32,000 nt of DNA from Crocosphaera subtropica ATCC 51142 (GTDB lineage: Bacteria; Cyanobacteriota; Cyanobacteriia; Cyanobacteriales; Microcystaceae): NCBI RefSeq assembly GCF_000017845.1, contig NC_010546.1:450001-482000 (forward strand). Direction: 5' to 3'. The first letter of the stretch is position 1. Each line of letters starts with the position of its first letter. A model generated the notes under the pieces. It was given only the letters and a program-made list of their open reading frames with translations. It did no database searches and was not told the origin of the DNA. Of the stretch, positions 9,961-18,525 are shown in pieces. Both the position numbers and the translations under genes were made by a program.

Positions 9961-10274
9961 TGGGTTTATTTTTCTCAATATTTTACTGTGATTACCATAG
10001 GACGATGATAGATTATTGTTGAATTTATAACATTTTTATGAAGATAAAAGGGAGCAAAGTCAAACATTTGTAAATTTGATCAGCATTATAGTCGAAACAT
10101 CGGGAACAATGAATTATTATTGATCTTGTCGAATGGTAGATAAATTTTACAAATTGTGTGTAAGATAATGATAGAGACAGTTAGTAACTTGATCATTTTT
10201 TCGATTGTTACTACAGTCTTAGTTAGTTACCATTCTGTCAACCATATTATTCACTTAAGTTACTGTTGAAGTTA

Positions 10275-10658
10275 ATGACACAAGATAAACCCCTAACCGG
10301 CCACGCTTTAGTAGAAAAAGTCAAAGAGCTAGGTGACCTCAGTAAAGAAGAAAAAGCAAGAGCTTGCGGCTATTATACCCAGACAAAAAATGGGGTAGAG
10401 CGCGTTAATATGATGAAATTTCTTAATGCTTTAATAGATGCTGAGGGCATTGAGCTTGATAGTAGTGCTGAAGGACAAGGAAGAGGTGGACGTTCAGCCA
10501 GCTATAAAATTAGTGTGCAATCTAATGGTAATCTGTTGATTGGTTCAGCTTATACCAAGAAAATGAATCTACAACCAGGAGATGAATTTGAGATTACCTT
10601 AGGGCGTAAACATATCCATCTTAAACAAGTCGGTGCGCCGGATGAAGATGAAGTATAA
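10275..10658 (+). CDS. cyanobacterial AbrB-like regulator (cyAbrB; C-terminal AbrB/SpoVT swapped-hairpin domain)
   Basis: The segment KVKELGDLSKEEKARACGYYTQTKNGVERVNMMKFLNALIDAEGIELD closely matches what I remember of cyAbrB N-domains. The C-terminal LLIGSAYTKKMNLQPGDEFEITLGRKHIHLKQV matches the AbrB-type C-domain. I prefer ATG 10275 over TTG 10266. Confidence 0.85.
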   Translation: MTQDKPLTGHALVEKVKELGDLSKEEKARACGYYTQTKNGVERVNMMKFLNALIDAEGIELDSSAEGQGRGGRSASYKISVQSNGNLLIGSAYTKKMNLQPGDEFEITLGRKHIHLKQVGAPDEDEV

Positions 10659-10758
10659 CTGTTATCCTCACCGTCGGTTTAACAGATAAAAAAATAGCGT
10701 CGCTTAGCCTTTAACTGAGCAACGCTAACCAAATCAGTAAAAACGTATTATCCGAAAC

Positions 10759-10793
10759 GAGGGTTGCTTTCCCAAACAGGGAGAGTAGCCCTC
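10759..10793. other. 15-bp-stem hairpin in the cyAbrB / DUF3143 convergent intergenic region
   Basis: GAGGGTTGCTTTCCC, loop AAACA, then GGGAGAGTAGCCCTC. There are 12 Watson-Crick and 3 G-T pairs. Neither side has a clear U-run. Confidence 0.4.
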
Positions 10794-10839
10794 ATATATT
10801 CATTGTATTAGCAAATCGGTTTTTGTCTAAAATGGAGAA

Positions 10840-11112
10840 CTAAGGTCCACTAAAAACAGCAGCTTCAACGTCTTCACGGGAGAGAGAATATTTAAAAGCC
10901 CGTGTAATATCCGAACCATCGGCTCCAGCTTTGAGGTAGCAAACAATAATTTCTTCAACATCTAAGCTAAGCTGTGCCTTCCAGTTCGGTTTGGTCACTG
11001 TCCAACAGTTTAAGTTCTGCTGATCTTGTTGGCAACCTAGATCAGATAGCCATTGTTCAATCACCGGAAGGGGATGATTATATAAGGGGGTATCAGGAGC
11101 AGGAAGGGTCAT
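10840..11112 (-). CDS. DUF3143-like small conserved protein
   Basis: This is a 90-aa ORF. The motif LYNHPLPVIEQWLSDLGC is as I recall for DUF3143. Its start overlaps the stop of the upstream J-domain gene by 4 nt (ATGA). Confidence 0.55.
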   Translation of the reverse strand: MTLPAPDTPLYNHPLPVIEQWLSDLGCQQDQQNLNCWTVTKPNWKAQLSLDVEEIIVCYLKAGADGSDITRAFKYSLSREDVEAAVFSGP

Positions 11113-11684
11113 AATAGGGTTATTAGGGTTTGAGTCGTGTTATGTACCTCAGAGAGTAAAATAGGGACAACTGAAGCATAATCTTGAGGTAAGGCGGTAG
11201 TCGGAATCACTTCATCGCCCCTTAGAATAGCAATAAAAATGGCCAAAACCAAACATCCGAGCAAAGTTAATCCTAAAATAAACAGGGCAAATAATTCCCC
11301 GCCAGATAAAGGGCGATCGCTGGCATCTAAATAAGCAGAATGGGACCACTGACCCGTTTTTGGGTTTTTTATGGGTTCTGAGGGGGTTTGAATTACATTC
11401 CAGCGAGAATAGCCAATTTGAAGATCATACAACGATCGGGCTTGAGGATTACTCAATACCCCATAAGCTTCATTGAGACGCTGAAATTTGGCCGTTGCCA
11501 TAGCCGAGGGTAATTCTGTAGTATCAGGATGATAACGTTTGCTTAACTCTCGATAGGCGCGACGTATTTCGATGACAGAAGCGGACGGATGAAGTCCTAA
11601 AATAGCATAATGGCTATTAGCAAACGGCATCTGAACGGGACTTTTCCGGGAAGTTGATTGTTTCGTAGTCTGCTGCTCAGTCAC
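11109..11684 (-). CDS. J-domain (DnaJ-like) protein with C-terminal membrane anchor
   Basis: The J-domain reads HYAILGLHPSASVIEIRRAYRELSKRYHPD and includes the HPD triad. The C-terminal TM is LFALFILGLTLLGCLVLAIFIAIL. The track start is GTG 11684 with no visible SD. ATG 11630 (MPFANSHYAILGL) is an alternative start. Confidence 0.8.
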   Translation of the reverse strand: MTEQQTTKQSTSRKSPVQMPFANSHYAILGLHPSASVIEIRRAYRELSKRYHPDTTELPSAMATAKFQRLNEAYGVLSNPQARSLYDLQIGYSRWNVIQTPSEPIKNPKTGQWSHSAYLDASDRPLSGGELFALFILGLTLLGCLVLAIFIAILRGDEVIPTTALPQDYASVVPILLSEVHNTTQTLITLL

Positions 11685-11750
11685 AGGATTATTTTTATCA
11701 TTCCTTGTGGACTTATTGTAACCAAACTTACTTAGGGTTTCTATATCGTT

Positions 11751-12350
11751 ATGAGATTACTTAATTTATTCAGGGAACGGGGAACACAGTTCTCAAAATT
11801 ATTGATTAGATTGTGTCTAATTAGTTTGTTATCGTTGAGTCTTAGTTTTGGCTGGTGGGGAATGTCTCCAGCAACGGCTAATATTGATGACGATCGCTTA
11901 GATGGTAATATTTTTGTGGTTTATGCGGGCAATGGTTCTTTAGTTCCGGCTAAATTATCGTTAAAGGGATCTTTAGACAGAAAAATGCCGACGGTTCTTG
12001 TTTACTATTTAGATGATAGTCGAGATTGTAAACAGTTTGCGATCGTGGTTTCTCGCATACAAGAATTTTATGGTCGGGCTGCTAATATTCTGCCTATTAG
12101 TGTTGATAGTATTCCAGTTCAAGATGCTTACACGAAGGATGAACCTGGTTATTATTATCAAGATATTATTCCTCAAACCGTTATTCTTGATGGAGCAGGA
12201 AATAAGGTTTTTGATGGTAAAGGTCAAGTAGAATATGAAGCAGTTGATGATGTGTTACGGGAAGTTTTTGATCTCTTACCTCGTTCTGAGTCTGTGGAGT
12301 TAAGACGACGGACTGTGAACGAATTTAATGATGAATTAGTGGATAGTTAA
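11751..12350 (+). CDS. thioredoxin-fold protein resembling the thylakoid membrane photosystem I accumulation factor family
   Basis: This 199-aa ORF has an N-terminal hydrophobic anchor. The DDRLDGNIFVVYAGNGSLVP segment is one I associate with this cyanobacterial family. The call is from memory only. Confidence 0.45.
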   Translation: MRLLNLFRERGTQFSKLLIRLCLISLLSLSLSFGWWGMSPATANIDDDRLDGNIFVVYAGNGSLVPAKLSLKGSLDRKMPTVLVYYLDDSRDCKQFAIVVSRIQEFYGRAANILPISVDSIPVQDAYTKDEPGYYYQDIIPQTVILDGAGNKVFDGKGQVEYEAVDDVLREVFDLLPRSESVELRRRTVNEFNDELVDS

Positions 12351-12374
12351 TAGTAGATAGTGGATAGTTAATAG
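12338..12374. repeat. tandem duplication (16-nt unit AGTGGATAGTTAATAG, period 21 nt) spanning the stop codon of the upstream gene
   Basis: The copies lie at 12338-12353 and 12359-12374. The stop TAA is at 12348-12350. Confidence 0.7.
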
Positions 12375-12405
12375 GTTGTTTATATGATCTATTAACTATT
12401 TTTTT
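12364..12405 (+). terminator. AT-rich hairpin plus T-run downstream of the PSI-factor-like gene
   Basis: ATAGTTAATAG (12364-12374) pairs with CTATTAACTAT (12389-12399). A run of 7 T follows (12399-12405). The stem is weak, with only 2 G/C pairs. Confidence 0.4.
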
Positions 12406-12407
12406 AG

Positions 12408-13172
12408 ATGATCATGATTATTCCTAAGTTTTGGTCAATAATACTTTTATTAGTAATTATGTTGGGGTTGATGTTAAGTATCGTATTTTATCAACCAAGA
12501 TGGTTATTTAAAATGATACTTCAAGTTGCACCTGGAGTTCACTATTTTGCTGACACCGACGACCCAGTTATTACTATTACTATTGATGATGGACCAGATA
12601 GCATAACAACTCCGAAAATCTTAGAAACCCTAGAAAATCATAATGTTAATGTGACGTTCTTTCTAATTGGTGAAAGAATTAAAGATAACGAATTAATTGT
12701 ACAAGAAATCATTAAAAATGGTCATGAAATTGGCAATCATATGGTTAAAGATGAAAAAAGCATTTTCTTACCATTAGAAGACTTTGAACAAGAATTTGTA
12801 GAAGCAGATAAAACATTACATCAATTTTTATCTAACAGTTCATCAAAGGTTCAGTGGTTTCGTCCAGGTGGAGGTTGGTATAATTCTCAAATGTTAGATA
12901 TTGTCAAAAAGTATAATTATCAAACGGTTTTAGGTTCAATTTTTCCCTATGATACTCATATCCCATGTTCTAATTTTGCTAGTTATCAAATTTTAACTAA
13001 TTTACGATCGGGTGGTATTATTGTTTTACATGATAGTGCTAAAGATGGTCAATCAGGAGAGTGGGGAGAAAGAACTAATAAAACCTTAAAAAAGATTCTT
13101 CCTGAGATCAAAAAAAGGGGTTATCGTATTGTTACGTTATCTGAAATGTTTTTTACTCATGAATATGAATAA
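12408..13172 (+). CDS. polysaccharide deacetylase (NodB homology domain), membrane anchored
   Basis: The ORF has an N-terminal TM (FWSIILLLVIMLGLMLSIVFY), the NodB motif 1 TIDDGPD, and the His motif GHEIGNHM. The region is visibly AT-rich. Confidence 0.85.
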   Translation: MIMIIPKFWSIILLLVIMLGLMLSIVFYQPRWLFKMILQVAPGVHYFADTDDPVITITIDDGPDSITTPKILETLENHNVNVTFFLIGERIKDNELIVQEIIKNGHEIGNHMVKDEKSIFLPLEDFEQEFVEADKTLHQFLSNSSSKVQWFRPGGGWYNSQMLDIVKKYNYQTVLGSIFPYDTHIPCSNFASYQILTNLRSGGIIVLHDSAKDGQSGEWGERTNKTLKKILPEIKKRGYRIVTLSEMFFTHEYE

Positions 13173-13304
13173 TGTTATTTTTCGTGCGGCATTGAATTTT
13201 ATAAACGTAAAGGTTTTAAAGAAGTCAAACAGATCAATATTGATTTTCATTCTCTTATGCCTCATCATGGTGGTATGAAATTAATGCAATATGTATTAAG
13301 GTAA
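13173..13304 (+). pseudogene. C-terminal stub of a GNAT-family acetyltransferase gene (no start codon, no motif A)
   Basis: This is my own translation of the frame that continues straight after the deacetylase stop (13170-13172): CYFSCGIEFYKRKGFKEVKQINIDFHSLMPHHGGMKLMQYVLR, ending at TAA 13302-13304. FYKRKGFKEV is the classic GNAT motif-B signature (FYxKxGF). Confidence 0.5.
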
Positions 13305-13317
13305 TCATTAAATATAC

Positions 13318-14073
13318 TTAAATTTTTGTAAAAAATATTAAATGTTGCTGAGGTAATATTTCCTCTGTTTTTTCCCAGGTTAATCCTACAACATTCATTT
13401 CCTTTTTAACTTGCTTTTCAGTCATTTTATGTAGCATTTTAATGGGAATTAAAGGGTTTTCTCGACGATATTCTGCTAAAATAACCATTCCTCCAGGTTT
13501 TAAAGATGTAACAATATTTTCCATCATTTCTCTAGGATATTCAAATTCATGATAAGCATCCACCATTAAAATAATATCAACAGTATTCTTAGGTAAATTA
13601 GGATTTTTTATCGTCCCTAAAATCGTTTCTATATTGTTCACTTTGTTTTCCTGTTTAAGAAAATCAATTATATCTAGCATTTCTGGTTGAATATCAACAG
13701 CCAAAACCTTTCCATTCGGAACGAAAGAAGCAAGACGAAACGAAAAATAGCCACTTCCTGCACCAATATCAGCAATGGTATCTGTTGGTTTTAGGTTTAA
13801 TGCTTCAAGCAGTTTTTGGGGTTTTTCTTGTTGTTCTCTATTCGGTCTTTCTAACCATAAAAATTCTCGATGTCCCATCACTTTTGCAATTTCTCGGCCT
13901 AAATAAAATTTCCCAATGCCATCACGACTATGTAAACCATGATAGTCATAATAAGGACTGCTATTTTTTTCGGGAATAATAGAAGCATCGTAAGTTAAAC
14001 TTTGGCTACCTAGGAGAACAAAGGCAACTAATATAATTAGGCTAAGTATCAATATTTTTAAAGGCTTCATCAA
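13318..14073 (-). CDS. class I SAM-dependent methyltransferase with N-terminal signal/anchor sequence
   Basis: Motif I is IADIGAGSGYFSFRLA. The post-I acidic residue is in VLAVDIQ. The N-terminal hydrophobic segment is KILILSLIILVAFVLLG. Confidence 0.8.
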   Translation of the reverse strand: MMKPLKILILSLIILVAFVLLGSQSLTYDASIIPEKNSSPYYDYHGLHSRDGIGKFYLGREIAKVMGHREFLWLERPNREQQEKPQKLLEALNLKPTDTIADIGAGSGYFSFRLASFVPNGKVLAVDIQPEMLDIIDFLKQENKVNNIETILGTIKNPNLPKNTVDIILMVDAYHEFEYPREMMENIVTSLKPGGMVILAEYRRENPLIPIKMLHKMTEKQVKKEMNVVGLTWEKTEEILPQQHLIFFTKI

Positions 14074-14208
14074 TATTTAAGTATTTATTAACAAGTAATT
14101 GATTATAATCAAAGTATAGCTTAATGTGAAAGTATCAGAAATTTTTCACCATAAATCATTAATGTTGCATGAAATAAGCTAATAAGTCATTAATTGGGAA
14201 TTAAAATA

Positions 14209-14763
14209 ATGAATAAACTCTTGTGGGGTATTTGTATTGGTTTGGTGGGTATTTCGGCTGGTTTATCTCCTATCATTGCCGAAGAAAAGAAATCGTCTAT
14301 TAGTTATTTCAGTCGTTCTCCTCGTCTAATTAATGTGATGACAACTTATCGAGGAGCAAGGGTTGGCAGCCCTAGATATTACTATACTATTGAGTTGCCT
14401 GATGAAAGTGGAGAAGCTTTAAAAACAATCACCATTAATAAACGCCAAGGATTTGAAGAAATTGACTATTATCCTAAAGCGACGATCGCATTTCAAGGAA
14501 CCCCAAACCATCGAGAAAATGCTTTAACCATTGAGGAAAGCACTTGGGATAAAACCACAGAAACTATGACAATTACGTTTGATCCCCCCGTATCTCCAGG
14601 AACAACATTTACCGTAGGATTAAAAGCAAAGCAAAATCCAGATCATGGAGGAACTTATCTGTTTGGGGTAACAGTATTCCCCGATGGAAATAACCCCAGG
14701 GATTTATATTTAGGGAGTGGACGCTTATACTTTGAGGGGACTGATAGTGGAGATTATGATTAA
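14209..14763 (+). CDS. DUF2808-like secreted protein
   Basis: The signal peptide is MNKLLWGICIGLVGISAGLSPIIA. The body (YYYTIELPDESGEALKTITINKRQGFEEIDYY ... AFQG) resembles DUF2808 as I remember it. I prefer ATG 14209 over TTG 14194. Confidence 0.55.
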   Translation: MNKLLWGICIGLVGISAGLSPIIAEEKKSSISYFSRSPRLINVMTTYRGARVGSPRYYYTIELPDESGEALKTITINKRQGFEEIDYYPKATIAFQGTPNHRENALTIEESTWDKTTETMTITFDPPVSPGTTFTVGLKAKQNPDHGGTYLFGVTVFPDGNNPRDLYLGSGRLYFEGTDSGDYD

Positions 14764-14820
14764 TTGATGTGGCATATTTGCACATACTGGCATCTTGCAC
14801 CAACCATGAAAATCAGCCAG

Positions 14821-14870
14821 AGAAGGGAGGCAAAAGGCAATCCGCAAGGGGTTCCCCCCTTCTTCAGTTT
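14821..14870 (+). terminator. hairpin downstream of the DUF2808-like gene (between convergent genes)
   Basis: AGAAGGGAGG (14821-14830) pairs with CCCCCCTTCT (14854-14863), with one mismatch. It is followed by TCAGTTT. A second imperfect long hairpin lies at 14885-14918. Confidence 0.4.
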
Positions 14871-14925
14871 CATAGTTCTAATCTAGTCCCAACAAGGATT
14901 TGAGCCTTGTTCTGGACTAAACGGG

Positions 14926-15705
14926 TCACCCCATGCCCATGATTTCATAACCCGCATCCACATAAATCACCTGTCCTGTAATACCACTAGCTAAGTCGCT
15001 ACAGAGAAAAGCAGCCGTATTACCCACTTCTAATTGTGTTACCGTCCGTTTCAAAGGAGCAACGGCTTCTACATGGCGAATCATCTCTAAAATACCGCCA
15101 ACGGCAGAAGAAGCCAAAGTACGAATCGGACCGGCAGAAATAGCGTTAACCCGAATCTGATCAGGGCCTAATTCTGAGGCTAAATAGCGCACACTCATTT
15201 CTAAACCCGCTTTAGCCACTCCCATTAAATTGTAATTAGGAATCACTTTCACCCCTCCTAGGTAGGTTAAGGTGACAATACTACCGCCCTCTGTCATTAG
15301 GGGTTTAGCGTATTTGGCCAAATTGCCCAACGAAAAGGTACTAATTTCGAGGGACTGACTAAACGCTTCACGGGAAATGCTACTAAAATCACCCCCTAAC
15401 CCTTCTTTATCGGCAAAGGCTAAACAGTGGATCACAATATCTAATTTTCCCCAAGTGTCCCCAATGGCTTTAAATGTCGCTTCTACCTGATCCTCATTTT
15501 GGACATTACAAGGAAGAATGAGCGAGGGATTGATGGGTTCAACCACGTCACGGACTTTTTTTTCAAAACGTCCCTTTTCGTCCGGTAAATAGGTAACAGC
15601 CAAGTTAGCCCCTGCTTTATGGAGTTGTTGAGCAATTCCCCAAGCAATGGAGCGATTATTCGCAATTCCTGTAACGAGCGCGTTCTTTCCAGTTAAATCT
15701 AACAT
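14926..15705 (-). CDS. fabI: enoyl-[acyl-carrier-protein] reductase (NADH) FabI
   Basis: MLDLTGKNALVTGIANNRSIAWGIAQ is a canonical FabI N-terminus. The active-site region is SYLG-like (TLTYLGGVKVIPNYNLMGVAKAGLE). The track ORF extends to 15789, but ATG 15705 gives the standard length. Confidence 0.92.
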   Translation of the reverse strand: MLDLTGKNALVTGIANNRSIAWGIAQQLHKAGANLAVTYLPDEKGRFEKKVRDVVEPINPSLILPCNVQNEDQVEATFKAIGDTWGKLDIVIHCLAFADKEGLGGDFSSISREAFSQSLEISTFSLGNLAKYAKPLMTEGGSIVTLTYLGGVKVIPNYNLMGVAKAGLEMSVRYLASELGPDQIRVNAISAGPIRTLASSAVGGILEMIRHVEAVAPLKRTVTQLEVGNTAAFLCSDLASGITGQVIYVDAGYEIMGMG

Positions 15706-15935
15706 AATTATTTTGACAAATGGGCAAAGTTTCTGCTGAATCAACCCCCATTGTTCCATAATGGTGGCTATAATCAGGGACAGAACCAAGGATAAATTAT
15801 CCCAATAAAATTATTGTGAAGCAAAATGTAGCAAAAACCTTTGAAGATACGTTAAAGTGTTGTTTTTATCTGGGACTAAAAATTATCTTTCCTATTTTGA
15901 GTCCCTTTATTTTTCCGGTGTTGTATTAAAGTGTG

Positions 15936-16613
15936 ATGGAATTGTCTGTACCACAAGATAAACCTTTAGCTGCTGTGTTCCGCCGTATTGGTGGCGGTGC
16001 TTATCCCCCTGTTGTTGAAGCATTTGATCGGGGGAAAACTATCTTTTTTCCTGGTGATCCGGCTGAAAGGGTCTATTTTTTACTCAAAGGAGCAGTTAAA
16101 CTGTCTCGGGTATACGAAGCAGGAGAAGAAATTACGGTAGCCTTATTAAGAGAAAATAGTGTGTTTGGCGTACTGTCTTTGATTACAGGACAACGCTCTG
16201 ATCGTTTTTACCATGCGGTAGCATTTACCCCTGTCGAGTTGTTATCATCCCCCATTGAACAAGTCGAACAAGCCCTTAAAAATAACCCCGATTTGTCCAT
16301 TTTAATGCTTCAAGGGCTGTCCTCACGGATTTTACAAACGGAAATGATGATCGAAACCCTCGCTCACCGTGATATGGGTTCCCGTCTGGTCAGTTTTCTG
16401 TTAATTTTATGTCGGGACTTTGGAGTGCCGACTCCTGAAGGCATTCGCATTGATTTAAAATTATCCCATCAAGCGATCGCTGAAGCCATTGGTTCAACCC
16501 GTGTAACAGTTACTCGTCTTCTGGGAGATTTACGCCAAGAAGAAATGATTTCTATTCATAAGAAGAAAATTACGGTTCATAATCCTGTTGCCCTTAGTCA
16601 GCAATTTGCCTAA
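15936..16613 (+). CDS. ntcA: global nitrogen regulator NtcA (CRP/FNR family)
   Basis: The ORF is near-identical over long stretches to NtcA as I remember it ([56 protein letters not shown]). The HTH is [24 protein letters not shown]. Confidence 0.97.
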   Translation: MELSVPQDKPLAAVFRRIGGGAYPPVVEAFDRGKTIFFPGDPAERVYFLLKGAVKLSRVYEAGEEITVALLRENSVFGVLSLITGQRSDRFYHAVAFTPVELLSSPIEQVEQALKNNPDLSILMLQGLSSRILQTEMMIETLAHRDMGSRLVSFLLILCRDFGVPTPEGIRIDLKLSHQAIAEAIGSTRVTVTRLLGDLRQEEMISIHKKKITVHNPVALSQQFA

Positions 16614-16637
16614 CCCTATTGTTCACCCGAAAAGCGA

Positions 16638-18098
16638 ATGACCAGTGCTTATATCCTAATTGCATCGATTCTCGTCTTAGGAGGTTTAGTCGCAGCATTG
16701 GGCGATCGCTTGGGCAGTAAAGTGGGAAAAAAAAGACTTACCATTGGTAATCTACGCCCCAAACAAACCGCCGTAGTGGTAACAGTGTTAACGGGAACCC
16801 TAATTGCAGCCTTAACCTTTGGGATTTTACTAGCTTTTAGTAAATCCCTTCGAGAAGGGCTTTTCGAGTTGGATGAAATTCAAAAACAATTACGCATTGC
16901 TAGGGCGGATTTAGAACGGTTAGGCATTGATAAAGAAGATACTGAAAAGGAATTACAAAAAGCAAAAGAAGAACAAGAAACCGTTGAAAAAAAGTTACAA
17001 TCTACTAACGATAATTTTAATCAAGCAAAACAACAACTTAAATCAGTTTCTAATCAAGCAACTCAACTAAAAGCTGATATTCAAACGCTACTGACTGAAA
17101 GGAAAGAACTGCGACAGAATAAAATCGAATTAGACCAAGAAATCCAACAACTTAAACAAGAAATTAGTCAAAGGGATGAAGAATTACGCAAAGGAAAAGC
17201 CCAAATTGCTCAACAAACTCGCATTTTAAACGAGCGACAAAAACGCCTTCAAAGTTTAGAAGAACAACAAAGTACCCTCCAAGCGGAAATTGATAGAAGG
17301 GATGATGAAATCACTAAACTGGATCAAGCTATTAATGAGAAAGATATGGCTCTCAAAGAAAGAGAATTTCAGTTACAACAGTTAGAAAGAGAGTCAAGCT
17401 ATCTCCAAAGACAAGTAGCTATCTTAGAACAATATTATCAAACCTATCAAGAGTTACGAGAAAGAAAAATAGCCATTGTTAGAGGTCAAGTTTTATCCAT
17501 TGGTGCTGTGCGTTTGGTGGTTCCAAAAGCAGGAACTCAAGTGGTGGATGAACTACTCCGACAAGCCAATCGAACTGCTATTGAATTAGTGGGAAAAGGA
17601 AGTATTAAACCTGATGAAAGAGTGGTTAAAATTACTCAAGGACAGGTTCAACAATTAGTAGAACAATTACAAGACGGACGGGAATATGTTGTCAGAATTA
17701 TTGCAGCCGGTAATTATGTTCAAGGAGAAAAAGAGGTCAGAGTTTTTGCTGATATTGCCTTGAATCAGCAAATTTTTAGTGAGGGAGAAACCATTGCTAT
17801 TATTTCTATGGACTCTTTAGACTTAACGGATGAAATTATACAAGAACGGTTAGATTTGTTACTGTCAGCCACTCAATTTCGTGCGCGTCGTTCGGGAATT
17901 TTAGGGGGAATTCAAGTGGGAGATGGAAGGCTTAAAACTGTGGTAGATTTTATAGAAGAAATAAAGCAATCTGAACAAGGATTAGATGAATTGCGAGCTA
18001 TCGCTATGGAAGATACTAAAACCATTGGACCGCTTAAATTAAAGTTATTAGGCATTAGAAATGGAGAAATTATTATAGAAAGCGAAGAGGAATCATGA
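16638..18098 (+). CDS. DUF3084-like membrane-anchored coiled-coil protein
   Basis: This is a 486-aa ORF with two N-terminal TM segments, about 200 aa of Q/E/K-rich coiled coil, and a globular C-terminus. It lies 24 nt downstream of ntcA. Its stop overlaps the next start (ATGA). The family name is from memory. Confidence 0.6.
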   Translation: MTSAYILIASILVLGGLVAALGDRLGSKVGKKRLTIGNLRPKQTAVVVTVLTGTLIAALTFGILLAFSKSLREGLFELDEIQKQLRIARADLERLGIDKEDTEKELQKAKEEQETVEKKLQSTNDNFNQAKQQLKSVSNQATQLKADIQTLLTERKELRQNKIELDQEIQQLKQEISQRDEELRKGKAQIAQQTRILNERQKRLQSLEEQQSTLQAEIDRRDDEITKLDQAINEKDMALKEREFQLQQLERESSYLQRQVAILEQYYQTYQELRERKIAIVRGQVLSIGAVRLVVPKAGTQVVDELLRQANRTAIELVGKGSIKPDERVVKITQGQVQQLVEQLQDGREYVVRIIAAGNYVQGEKEVRVFADIALNQQIFSEGETIAIISMDSLDLTDEIIQERLDLLLSATQFRARRSGILGGIQVGDGRLKTVVDFIEEIKQSEQGLDELRAIAMEDTKTIGPLKLKLLGIRNGEIIIESEEES

Positions 18099-18514
18099 AT
18101 CAAAAAAGCTCATCAATGGTATTAGGATTTGATCCCGGAAGAGATAAATGTGGGGTAGCGATCGCTGATAATAAAGGCAAGATTTATTACCATGAGGTCG
18201 TTGAGTCGTCTCAAGGGATTTCAACCTTGAATAATCTCATTGAACAGTTTTCTATTAACTTCTTAGTTATGGGAAATCAAACCACCTCGAAACAGTGGAA
18301 AAAACAGCTAGAAAGTGAGTTATTGGTGTCTGTTCCTATTGTCCTTATAGACGAACGAAATAGTACCTTAGAGGCACGCGATCGCTATTGGGAAATGTAT
18401 CCCCCTCAAGGGTTAATGCGTCTGCTTCCGAAAGGAATGCGAAACCCTCCTCGTCCCATTGATGATATTGTTGCCATTTTATTAATAGAACGGTATTTTA
18501 ATAGTATCAAATGA
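18095..18514 (+). CDS. YqgF/RuvX-like (RNase H fold) putative nuclease
   Basis: The N-terminal VLGFDPGRDKCGVAIAD parallels the LGxDxGxxRxGVA motif of YqgF. The later LIDERNST fits the second acidic motif. It has a 4-nt overlap with the upstream gene. Confidence 0.55.
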   Translation: MNQKSSSMVLGFDPGRDKCGVAIADNKGKIYYHEVVESSQGISTLNNLIEQFSINFLVMGNQTTSKQWKKQLESELLVSVPIVLIDERNSTLEARDRYWEMYPPQGLMRLLPKGMRNPPRPIDDIVAILLIERYFNSIK

Positions 18515-18525
18515 GGATAAAATAA

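Noticed and set aside
15790-15935. Search for an autoregulatory NtcA box (GTAN8TAC) upstream of ntcA
   Set aside because: I found no GTA-N8-TAC on either strand in this interval, only unrelated GTA and TAC triplets at the wrong spacing.
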